Shown: positions 1 to 8,158 of the stretch, piece by piece
Layout of the letters: each line of letters opens with the position of its first letter
How positions within the stretch are numbered: the first letter of the stretch is position 1
From: Acidobacteriota bacterium
GTDB lineage: Bacteria; Acidobacteriota; CAIWXX01
Assembly (NCBI GenBank): GCA_040755995.1
Contig: JBFMAF010000008.1
Location: 128,001 to 192,000, forward strand
DNA: 64,000 bases
Reading direction: 5' to 3'
Notes under the pieces: model-generated
The model's database searches: none
What the model saw: the letters and a program-made list of their open reading frames with translations, nothing else
Told to the model about the DNA's origin: nothing
Translations under genes and position numbers: made by a program

Positions 1-2
1 AC

Positions 3-1247
3 TTGGCGACGACTGCAATGGCCAACTTCTCCACATCCGACTGCCGGTTCTACTGTATCGACACCGCCACCTTCGACAGTGGGGGAGTCGAATCTCAGGC
101 CCGCCACAAGGAATCATTGACGTTCTTCGCGTCGGAGTCCGGGGGCAGGTATTTCAAGGCGGCGAGCGATGTCCAGAAACCGCTGGAGAGCATCGTGCAC
201 GAGACCGGGCAGTACTACCTGCTCGCGTACACACCGCCGCCAAGCGGGGGAGAAGGGGCTTTCCACAGGATCAAGGTCGAGGTCTCACGCCTCGGGTTGT
301 CCATCTCCCATCGCAGGGGGTATTACGAGAGCAAGCCGTTCAAGAAGTACTCCCGGTTCGAAAAGGACCTCCAGATTGCCGACATCGTAGAAAAAGATCG
401 GCATCTCGAAGGGGTCGCTTTCCGTGCGCAGGCTTTCGCCAACCCGAGCAACTCAGCGAAGTGGAAGGAATTCGCCGAGGTATTGGTGCAGATCGACGTT
501 CCCGGCGCTCAGTTCGGCCAATCCAAGACGCCGAAGATCGAGTTCCTCGCGTTCGCTACGACTGAGGCCGGGACGAGAGTGGACTTCTTCCGCGCCACGC
601 CAAAGATCTCCGAGAAGGAGCTGGCCGAGAGGTTCGTCAAGGGCGGGATCGGGTACGCCGACGTCTTGATGTTGAGACCGGGCGGCTACAAGATCAAGGT
701 GATCGTGCGCAACGCCGACACCGGTGCCGTCGGGACTCGTGACATCGCGATCAGCGTGCCTGAATTCGGCACGTCAGAGCCGTCGATGGCGACGGCGTGT
801 TTTCTCTCGATCGGCTCCGATTGGATTCACGTGCGCGGGATCGATTCGTCGGTTTCGACCGGTCGGCTGAAGGGTTCCGGCCTTTCCTATCCGTTGCGCT
901 TCGACGGCAAGGATCGCGTTGCTGCCGCGTGCCCGAATCTCGAGAACACCGCCGCGCGCACGCTCCTGCTGCGCCTCTACAACGTCTTCTCGAATCCCTC
1001 CACGGGCGCTCCCGAGCTGCGCGTGTCCTGGAGCGTCACGGATGAGGACGACCGGCGCGTTGGGGCGCCCGTGTGCAAGCTGATGCAACATGCCAGCCCG
1101 TCGCCTGGCACCCAGGAGCTCCTCTTCTCGGTGGCGCCGCCGGATCTGCCGCACGGGATGTACAGCCTGCGCATCACCGTCATCGACGAGGCCAGCGGCA
1201 GCGTGCTCACCGACGCCGTGCCGTTTTGCATCGGGCCGTGGGACTGA
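3..1247 (+). CDS. VWA-domain-related protein (Acidobacteria VWFA type), 5' truncated by the window edge
   Basis: Contains SGGRYF...YYLLAYTP...FHRIKVEV...HRRGYY, typical of the region after the VWA domain in this family; ORF is open at the window edge. Confidence 0.7.
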   Translation: MATTAMANFSTSDCRFYCIDTATFDSGGVESQARHKESLTFFASESGGRYFKAASDVQKPLESIVHETGQYYLLAYTPPPSGGEGAFHRIKVEVSRLGLSISHRRGYYESKPFKKYSRFEKDLQIADIVEKDRHLEGVAFRAQAFANPSNSAKWKEFAEVLVQIDVPGAQFGQSKTPKIEFLAFATTEAGTRVDFFRATPKISEKELAERFVKGGIGYADVLMLRPGGYKIKVIVRNADTGAVGTRDIAISVPEFGTSEPSMATACFLSIGSDWIHVRGIDSSVSTGRLKGSGLSYPLRFDGKDRVAAACPNLENTAARTLLLRLYNVFSNPSTGAPELRVSWSVTDEDDRRVGAPVCKLMQHASPSPGTQELLFSVAPPDLPHGMYSLRITVIDEASGSVLTDAVPFCIGPWD

Positions 1248-1344
1248 CGGGGGTTGGGAGCGCAAGCGGGATTTCGCCGGGTATGGGAGTTCGTTCGGTG
1301 CTCTATTCACACGATTTGCAGTGACACGTATGCGGAGGGGGGAT

Positions 1345-1581
1345 ATGCAGAAGACACAGATCCACAACGTTGACGAGGAGGTATGCAAGGGTCTGGACAG
1401 GACCATCGGCCGGCGAAAAATGAGCGGATTCCTCCAAGAGCTGGTCCAGCCCCACGTCGCCCGCCCCAATCTCGAGTGCCAGTACGCTGAGATGGCTGGA
1501 GACAAGCGGAGGGAAAGGGAGGCTTTGGAGTGGGCTGAGACGACGTTCAAGGACGTAGCCCATGGCACGCGGCGCGCACTC
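1345..1581 (+). pseudogene. Antitoxin of the type found upstream of PemK/MazF toxins; stop codon lost, reads through into the next gene
   Basis: MQKTQIHNVDEEVCKGL...GRRKMSGFLQELVQPHV...YAEMAGDKRREREALEWAE resembles recalled MazF-associated antitoxins; GGAGGGG RBS; overlapping ATG at 1562 gives only MARGAHS*. Confidence 0.55.
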
Positions 1582-2385
1582 GTGAGTCCATTTCGACGGC
1601 ACTGCTGGTGTATTGTTGCTCTGTCTACGATTGCCGCGACGGCACATGGGGAAGGGCCGCGCTTGACCCCCGAACAGCAGAGGGTGTTCCTTGCCAGTCG
1701 CGCCCCTTCCGGATCGATGACGGGATCGTTTTCCTCCTTCGCCAGTTTGCTCTATGCGATGCAAGAAGTGGTCATCCACTCCAGTGATTCACGCATCAAC
1801 GCGACTGTATTGGCGTCGTTCTTTCCAGACTTCTACAAGCCCACATGGCGTGAGTATCTTGATGATATCGCCAGGCAGTCCAAGTGTTCGTACAGCCATG
1901 ACGCACAGACGGGCTACTGGGTGTTCTCCGAGCCGGAGAATTCACTGCCGTACAGCGTCGATCTCGCTGAGGGATGGACCTGCCACGATGAAGGCCGGTA
2001 CGTCGGATATGCACCGCGCGGGGCGCCCGTAGGGATGGACCTCTACATGCTGGGAGAGTATTCCGCCAGCCCCAGCGAGGAAGCCGCGCTGTACCGGAGA
2101 GTCAGAGATGCCCTGGCGATCACCTTCGCATCGAATTTCAAACAGGATGTCGGTATCACAGAAATGCAAGAGGTCCTCGTCGACGGAGCGGAAGCTCTCT
2201 ACTTCGAAGCTCCTGCACCACGACCCGGCACCTTGTGGCGCCAGTGGGTCTTTGTGAAAAACGGTAGGGCCTTCGCCATCGTGAGCGCCGCCGCGCAGGA
2301 CGATGCCAAAGTGAGGTCAGAGATTGATGGGATGATCAAGTCGTTTCATGCCACGCTCCCTCGAGACCCGTCACGGCCCTCCTAG
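1582..2385 (+). CDS. Secreted hypothetical protein, C-terminal region possibly PsbP-like
   Basis: GTG at 1582 begins a signal-peptide-like segment (MSPFRRHCWCIVALSTIAATAHG); fold call is tentative. Confidence 0.5.
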   Translation: MSPFRRHCWCIVALSTIAATAHGEGPRLTPEQQRVFLASRAPSGSMTGSFSSFASLLYAMQEVVIHSSDSRINATVLASFFPDFYKPTWREYLDDIARQSKCSYSHDAQTGYWVFSEPENSLPYSVDLAEGWTCHDEGRYVGYAPRGAPVGMDLYMLGEYSASPSEEAALYRRVRDALAITFASNFKQDVGITEMQEVLVDGAEALYFEAPAPRPGTLWRQWVFVKNGRAFAIVSAAAQDDAKVRSEIDGMIKSFHATLPRDPSRPS

Positions 2386-2420
2386 CGCGCCATCTCCCGA
2401 ATCATCGCTGCCCCGCGAAT

Positions 2421-3032
2421 CTAGGCTCGTGGTTTCTCCAGCACGAGCAGGCGGCTTCTTCTGAGCCGGCGGAATTCCCGCTCCGCGAAACCGACCTCGC
2501 GGGCGAGCCGGCGTGTAGACTCGAACTCCTCGTTCGAGACGTGCCAGGACGGTTCGGCGAGAAGGAATGTGCCCCCCGAGCGCAGCAGATCGCGGCACTG
2601 CGTCAGAAACCGCCGAGGATAGGCGGTCTCGTGGACTACGTGAATAGCCAGGACGAGATCCGCCTGCCCTTCGAGGTGAGCCAGGCCGAAGCTCTCCTGC
2701 GAGGCGAGATGGGTCCGGATGATGTGGTCGACGTGCCGGCGCCGGGCGCGCCGCGAGAGCGAGGAAAGCATACGGGGCTGCACATCCACGCAAATTACCC
2801 GTCCGCCGGCACCGATCATCCGCGCCAAAGGCAGGCTGAAGAAGCCGAATGCCGCGCCGATGTCCACAGCCGTCATACCGGGCCCGGCAAAGGGAGCGAG
2901 GATGGTTTCGGGGTCTTCGGCCAGTTTGCGCAGCGGGTTGGCGATCAGGTAGCCGATCCACCAGGGACAGACATGACGATGTCTGGGAACTTCCTCAAGG
3001 ACGTTGGCTGAACTCGTGCCGTTCGCTGACAT
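2421..3032 (-). CDS. Class I SAM-dependent methyltransferase
   Basis: Motif I VDIGAAFGFF, VICVDVQ, ADLVLA; GGAGG RBS before the ATG at 3032. Confidence 0.85.
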   Translation of the reverse strand: MSANGTSSANVLEEVPRHRHVCPWWIGYLIANPLRKLAEDPETILAPFAGPGMTAVDIGAAFGFFSLPLARMIGAGGRVICVDVQPRMLSSLSRRARRRHVDHIIRTHLASQESFGLAHLEGQADLVLAIHVVHETAYPRRFLTQCRDLLRSGGTFLLAEPSWHVSNEEFESTRRLAREVGFAEREFRRLRRSRLLVLEKPRA

Positions 3033-3055
3033 GGGGCCTCCATCTTCTTCTTGAC

Positions 3056-3077
3056 AATCTGAGCGATTACTCACAAT
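3056..3077. promoter_or_regulatory. Putative TetR operator in the divergent promoter region
   Basis: Imperfect palindrome AATCTGAGCGATTACTCACAAT (TGAG-N6-CTCA) in an AT-rich stretch next to TTGACA (3051-3056), between the methyltransferase and TetR genes. Confidence 0.55.
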
Positions 3078-3176
3078 ATAATCTACGAGGAATTGCCGGA
3101 CTTGGCTACTCGCTTTTCGACGCACCCGACGGGAAGCGCCATACTGCGTGCAAATGCCCGGAATGCCGAGAGATAC

Positions 3177-3887
3177 ATGACGCGCTCCATCTCGCTCCGG
3201 CGTAAAAACAGACGAAAAGCTCACATTCGGCAAACCTCGTCCGCGACCCATTTCCGGCGCGAGCCGCGCCAGGAGCGGGCGCGGTTCACGATTGCCTGCA
3301 TCCTCAAGGCGGCGGCGGAGGTAATCGACGAGGCCGGTTGGTCGCATGCGTCCACGAATCGCATCGCCGACCGGGCCGGCGTGTCCATAGGAACGCTTTA
3401 TCAATACTTCGCGGACAAGGAGGCGATTCTGCGACGGCTCGTCGAAGGACACCACGAAGCCGTGCATGGTGTGGTCGGCGAGACCCTGAATCGGCTCGAT
3501 GATCCCGGGGTCGCGATTGAAGATGCAATGAGGGAGATGTTTCTCGCTCTGGTCCACCTGCACCGCGAAGATCCGGTGCTCACTCGCGTGCTCGCGTCAG
3601 AGGTGCCGCATCGCGTTTCCTCCAGCGAGCTGAAGGAAGAAGCGGCGGCCTACATCGACCGGATGGCGCGACTGCTGAGGTCTCGGCAAGAGGTCCGCGT
3701 CCGAGATCCTCTGAGATCCGCCCACATCCTCGCCATCACCGCGGAGGCCCTCACCCGGTGGCTGGCGCACGAGGCGCCCCACGAGCTGGATGCGAACCTG
3801 CTCATCGGCGATATCGTCCTCATGCTGTCCGCCTACCTCACCGGTGGACGCGCTCGCAGAGAGCCGCACGCCGTCGCGGCTCCATGA
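3177..3887 (+). CDS. TetR/AcrR family transcriptional regulator (start uncertain)
   Basis: PRQERAR...ILKAAAEVI...STNRIADRAGVSIGTLYQYFADKEAI HTH signature. Confidence 0.9.
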   Translation: MTRSISLRRKNRRKAHIRQTSSATHFRREPRQERARFTIACILKAAAEVIDEAGWSHASTNRIADRAGVSIGTLYQYFADKEAILRRLVEGHHEAVHGVVGETLNRLDDPGVAIEDAMREMFLALVHLHREDPVLTRVLASEVPHRVSSSELKEEAAAYIDRMARLLRSRQEVRVRDPLRSAHILAITAEALTRWLAHEAPHELDANLLIGDIVLMLSAYLTGGRARREPHAVAAP

Positions 3888-3924
3888 CCGAACCACAGTA
3901 TCATGCTCGAAAGGGAGACGACCC

Positions 3925-6900
3925 ATGAAACTAGTTCTGACTCGGCTTGCCCGACTTCTTCCCCTTCTACTCGCAACACTCCCCTGCGCGCGGGCCGGCG
4001 CGAGCAATGGCATCGCGTTGTCGAACCCGGGGTTCGAGGAGCCCGACGGCGCATTGGCAGTGCCCTCCGGATGGTCTGTCGACCAGGCTCCGGCTTCCGC
4101 AGAGAACGTGATCAGGCTCGACCGCGACGTGCGCCGCTCGGGTGTGACGAGCCTCGCGATCCGCAATGTGGTCCCGGCGAGTGCGGCCGTGACCTCCGAG
4201 CCGGTCGCGCTCGAAGTCGGACGCCTCTACCGGCTGAGTGCCTGGGTGAAGACCCAGGGTGCGCTCAGCGATGCCACGTCCCGCTACCCGACAGCCGTCC
4301 CTGCCTGCCTGACGATGGCATCGTTCCCGTTCACCAACCACTCGCCTGCCATCGGCGCCGACCGGGACTGGACGCGAGTCGAGGTGTTGTTCATCGCGAC
4401 GACCGCGCGCGACCGCGTGAGGCTCCACCTGGGCAACAATGGGACCGCCCTGGGCACTGCATGGTTCGACGACGTCGAGATCGACGTGGTCGATGACATC
4501 AGCGAGCTCGTCGTGCCCGAGACGGTCCGCTGGGTCGACCTCGGGTTCCGCTTTGACGACAAAGGTTGGATCTTCGTGCACATAGAAGGGGACCCGTACA
4601 GGCGCGGATACCAGCTAGGATACCTGGTCGCCGATGAGATCGCGACCTACATCACGAAGCTGGCAACGGCGGAGAATACGAAAGACCCGTCTGCGGGCTG
4701 GCAGTCGCTGCGGCTCCTGGCGGATTCGCTTTTGCTCCGCAAGTACGACGAAGAGTACCTCACCGAGATGAAAGGGATCGCCGACGGAGCCGCGCGCGCG
4801 GGCGCGAAGTTCGACGACCACCCCATCAACCTGCTCGACGTCGTAACTGTAAACTCCGTAGTCGATCTGGGGCAGCTCAAGGGCGGGCTGCGCGTGGCGC
4901 CGACTGCCCTCACCGGCAGAAGCTTCCTCTCGGCGGAAGACGAGATGAAAATCCCGGACGACAAGAACAGGTGCACTGGCTTCTCGGCCACGACACCGGC
5001 TACTTCCGACGGTCGGATCGTATTCGGGCAGATCTTCATGTGGGCCGGATACACGGGCGTGCATTTCAACGTGATGTGTGACGTCGTTCCAACAACCGGC
5101 CATAGGCTGGTCTACCAGACGTTTCCCGGCGGCATCCACTCCGGCACGGACTTCTACATCAACTCGGCCGGTATCGTCATCGGCGAGACGACGGTTGCCC
5201 AGACGCCGTTCGATCCGGAGGGTACACCGCAGTCAAACCGGATTCGCAAGGCAGCGCAGTACGCGAGCAGCATCGATGACGTTGTGCGGATCCTGCGTGA
5301 AAAGAACAACGGGCTGTACACCAACGACTGGCCGATCGCGGACATCAAGACCAACGAAGCCGCGATGTACCTGCTCGGAACGCACAAGGACAAGCTGTGG
5401 CGGAGCAGTGACAACCCGGCTCCATTCGGGACTCCCGGGTTCCTCTGGGCCAACAACAACGCTCGCGATCCCGAGGTGCGGAAGGAGTACGGCGTTCAGC
5501 CTGAGGACGCTCCATTCGATCTCGTCTTCTCTCCGTGGAATCGCGACGTGGCGTTCCAGGAATTCTACGACGGCCACAAGGGCAAGATCGATGCCACGGC
5601 AGCCGTGCGCCTGTGGGCGTCTTCCCCGATCAACCGCTCTCACGCGTGCGACGGCAAGATCACCACGAGCGAGATGGCGGAGAAGCTCGTGTTCCTGGCT
5701 CATTATGGAAAAGTCACGCTGCGTGAGAAGTTCCCCGCCAAGGACAATCGGCGCATGCCGGATCTGCCCGGAGCGATCCCGCATCTATCGCTCGGATACT
5801 CGACGGTCAGCCCGATCTTTGTCGCAGACAAGATGAAGGAACTGCACGCGCGAAGTCCCGAGGCCAGGAGTGCCGGCGCGGACCCCACGCTCAAGCTCGA
5901 CGCGGTCAAGGACAGGTACACGGTGGAGAAGAAGCGGCTGTGGCGCGGCACGATGTACCCGGAGACGGATGCCGTGGACTGGCTGATCAGCGGGTCCGCG
6001 GCGTACTGGCAGATGCTGAATGATTTGCCCGAGAAGCAGGAAGACGCCTTCAAGTCGCTGCGCGACAAGCTCGCGGATCTCAACCATCGTCTTCTGTACG
6101 TGCTCTCGCGCGAGGATGACCTTGCGCCGGTGGATGCGATGCGGGTCTACGACCGGTACGGCCCGTACCAGATCCCGCGCATCAAGGGCACGTTTGCTCT
6201 TCACCAGCTCCGGCTGCTTCTCGGCAACGAGGAGTTCCTGAAGGCGATGGACGAGGTCCATCGCCGGTATGCGGGCAAGAACATCGGCACCGAAGCCTTC
6301 TTGAGCACAGTGAATCGGGCTGCCGGCCGCGACCTGGCGCCGTTCGTCACTCAGTGGATCGGCCGAAAGGGACTGCCGGACGTGTCGCCGGCAGTCGACG
6401 TCAAGAAGGCGGGCGGCAGATGGCGTGTGACCGTGGAGGTGAAGCAGGGCGCTGAGCAGTATCATCTCTTCACGAGCGTCGCGGTCGACGCCGGGAAAGA
6501 GCGTGTCCTGAAGCCGATCGAGATCAAGGGTGCGAAGACGCACGTGGAGTGGACGTTCGCCGAACGGCCCACGCGCGTTGTTTTCGATGCGAGCAACGAC
6601 ATCCCGGTGCTTACCGACAACCTGTACACCTGGGCCAGCTACGTTGACGACTTCCACTCAACGCTGATCGTCTACGGCACTTCGCGGCAGATCGAGGCCA
6701 ATCACACGCTTGCGCTGCGCTGGCAGAGCACGCTCGCTGACGCCTACGCAGAGATCCTCTCGCCGGTTGCGAAGGACTGCGAGGTCAGCGACGCCGATCT
6801 CGCCTCGCACGATTTGATGCTGCTGGGCCAGCCCGAGGACAACTCGCTCGTTGCTCGAATCGCACCGAAGCTGCCGGTCGCATTCGGAAAAAACTACTTC

Positions 6901-7140
6901 CGGTGGCGAGGAAAGCTCTACGCGCATCCCGACGACGGGCTCGTCCTGGTACTGCCCAATCCGTTCAACTCGAAGAAGGTGCTCTACCTCCTCACCGCGA
7001 CGAGCGCTCTGGAGCTCTACCAGATGACGAAGACGCACACGACGGGCATCCCGTCGTGGGCCGTCTATCGCGGCGACGCAATCAAGGAACAGGGGTACCA
7101 TTCTGTCGATCGGTTCGTATTCGATACGGCCGCACCCTGA
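3925..7140 (+). CDS. Secreted multidomain protein: CBM4/9-like domain, C45-family Ntn-hydrolase and degenerate M1-aminopeptidase-like C-terminus
   Basis: Signal peptide; NPGFE...W...WFDDV jelly-roll pattern; HIEGDPYRRGYQLG and NR|CTGF (Ntn Cys nucleophile); KGTFALHQLRLLLGNEEF...QWIGRKGLP resembles the M1 helical region. Confidence 0.7.
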   Translation: MKLVLTRLARLLPLLLATLPCARAGASNGIALSNPGFEEPDGALAVPSGWSVDQAPASAENVIRLDRDVRRSGVTSLAIRNVVPASAAVTSEPVALEVGRLYRLSAWVKTQGALSDATSRYPTAVPACLTMASFPFTNHSPAIGADRDWTRVEVLFIATTARDRVRLHLGNNGTALGTAWFDDVEIDVVDDISELVVPETVRWVDLGFRFDDKGWIFVHIEGDPYRRGYQLGYLVADEIATYITKLATAENTKDPSAGWQSLRLLADSLLLRKYDEEYLTEMKGIADGAARAGAKFDDHPINLLDVVTVNSVVDLGQLKGGLRVAPTALTGRSFLSAEDEMKIPDDKNRCTGFSATTPATSDGRIVFGQIFMWAGYTGVHFNVMCDVVPTTGHRLVYQTFPGGIHSGTDFYINSAGIVIGETTVAQTPFDPEGTPQSNRIRKAAQYASSIDDVVRILREKNNGLYTNDWPIADIKTNEAAMYLLGTHKDKLWRSSDNPAPFGTPGFLWANNNARDPEVRKEYGVQPEDAPFDLVFSPWNRDVAFQEFYDGHKGKIDATAAVRLWASSPINRSHACDGKITTSEMAEKLVFLAHYGKVTLREKFPAKDNRRMPDLPGAIPHLSLGYSTVSPIFVADKMKELHARSPEARSAGADPTLKLDAVKDRYTVEKKRLWRGTMYPETDAVDWLISGSAAYWQMLNDLPEKQEDAFKSLRDKLADLNHRLLYVLSREDDLAPVDAMRVYDRYGPYQIPRIKGTFALHQLRLLLGNEEFLKAMDEVHRRYAGKNIGTEAFLSTVNRAAGRDLAPFVTQWIGRKGLPDVSPAVDVKKAGGRWRVTVEVKQGAEQYHLFTSVAVDAGKERVLKPIEIKGAKTHVEWTFAERPTRVVFDASNDIPVLTDNLYTWASYVDDFHSTLIVYGTSRQIEANHTLALRWQSTLADAYAEILSPVAKDCEVSDADLASHDLMLLGQPEDNSLVARIAPKLPVAFGKNYFRWRGKLYAHPDDGLVLVLPNPFNSKKVLYLLTATSALELYQMTKTHTTGIPSWAVYRGDAIKEQGYHSVDRFVFDTAAP

Positions 7141-7217
7141 GGCACAGCAACGCGTACGCTAGCTGCCAACGCTGATCAATCAACATAGCCATCCGGCTGG
7201 GCTATGATTATGGGGAA

Positions 7218-7409
7218 ATGCCCAGAGAGACCATGCTGAGAGAAACCAAGAGGTGGCAGCGTCCAAGGCGGGAGACGCTCTACAAGCTGCCGCTTGTGTT
7301 GGAGCCGCAGCCGGGTGGTGCATACAGGGTCAGTTGCCAATTCTTGCCGGAATCGATAGCGGAGGGGGACATGGTGTACGAGGCGATCGCCGACTTCTCC
7401 AGGTCGTAG
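7218..7409 (+). pseudogene. hicB: Truncated, degenerate HicB-family antitoxin
   Basis: LYKLPLVLEPQPGGAYRVSCQFLPESIAEGDMVYEAIA aligns with the intact HicB at 21408; C-terminus missing and no hicA follows. Confidence 0.7.
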
Positions 7410-7412
7410 CCG

Positions 7413-7646
7413 GTGCACTTCCAGGTAATCGGGGAGATCACGGGCGTTGAGATCATTGCGGTGGGGAGGCGCATTCGAGAACTTGCACGGCTGCAGAAGT
7501 TGTACGGAAAGGGGCGATGGAGGAAGATGAAGGGCAGGGCGCTAGTTCGGCTGCCCACTGGACGGGTGCGACGGGCGGAGTTACACTGGTACGAAGCACA
7601 CGGGCTCGGCAGAAGAGAGCTCAAGCGAAAGAGGTACTTGGATTGA
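7413..7646 (+). CDS. Small basic hypothetical protein (candidate toxin)
   Basis: 77 aa, Arg/Lys-rich, AELHWYEAHGLG motif; stop overlaps the next gene's start (TTGA). Confidence 0.7.
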   Translation: MHFQVIGEITGVEIIAVGRRIRELARLQKLYGKGRWRKMKGRALVRLPTGRVRRAELHWYEAHGLGRRELKRKRYLD

Positions 7647-7888
7647 GAAGCATAATACAGAAACGCAGCGCTTCGCGGCAGTTCGCCGTCTGCGTGAGGA
7701 ACGAGGGCTACGAAGCCTCGCTCGAGCGCAACAAGATCTACGTAGTCCTCTCGGACGAGGAAGCGGAGAGGGACGGGGACATCCGCGTCGTGGATGAGAG
7801 CGGGGAGGACTACCTCTACCCAGCGGACTGGTTTGTTGCTATGCAGGTTCCAAAGGCCGTCCAGGAGTCGCTCCTCAAAGCATCCTGA
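7643..7888 (+). CDS. Small hypothetical protein with acidic core (candidate antitoxin/immunity protein)
   Basis: TTG start at 7643 overlaps the upstream stop; FAVCVRNEGYEASLE...IRVVDESGEDYLYP. Confidence 0.7.
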   Translation: MRSIIQKRSASRQFAVCVRNEGYEASLERNKIYVVLSDEEAERDGDIRVVDESGEDYLYPADWFVAMQVPKAVQESLLKAS

Positions 7889-8011
7889 AATGGCTTGTGC
7901 CGTCGAGCTGGCTTCTCTGGCTGGCGACGGCGAGCCTGCGGGCCGCGGGTTAGCTCGCTCCCGGCTCATTGCTGAACCCATCAGCAGCTCCGCCACCTTC
8001 GCCAAGTCAGT

Positions 8012-8040
8012 TTGACATCTGTAGCCGCCGTTTCTACAAT
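8012..8040 (+). promoter_or_regulatory. sigma70-type promoter
   Basis: TTGACA-N17-TACAAT upstream of the propeller gene. Confidence 0.7.
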
Positions 8041-8158
8041 CGCTCCGCAGAATCGCGAACGGATCCAAGACGGACCTACCATAGTCGTTGAGCTTCGGCA
8101 GTGCGCCGTGTGCGCGCTGGAGCTTGCCGCAGTGAGGAAGAGACCCAAGGAGGGAGTG

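Noticed and set aside
2421..3563. 380-aa version of the methyltransferase, and similar long N-terminal extensions in the ORF track
   Set aside because: The extension overlaps the TetR gene on the opposite strand; RBS and domain start support the ATG at 3032
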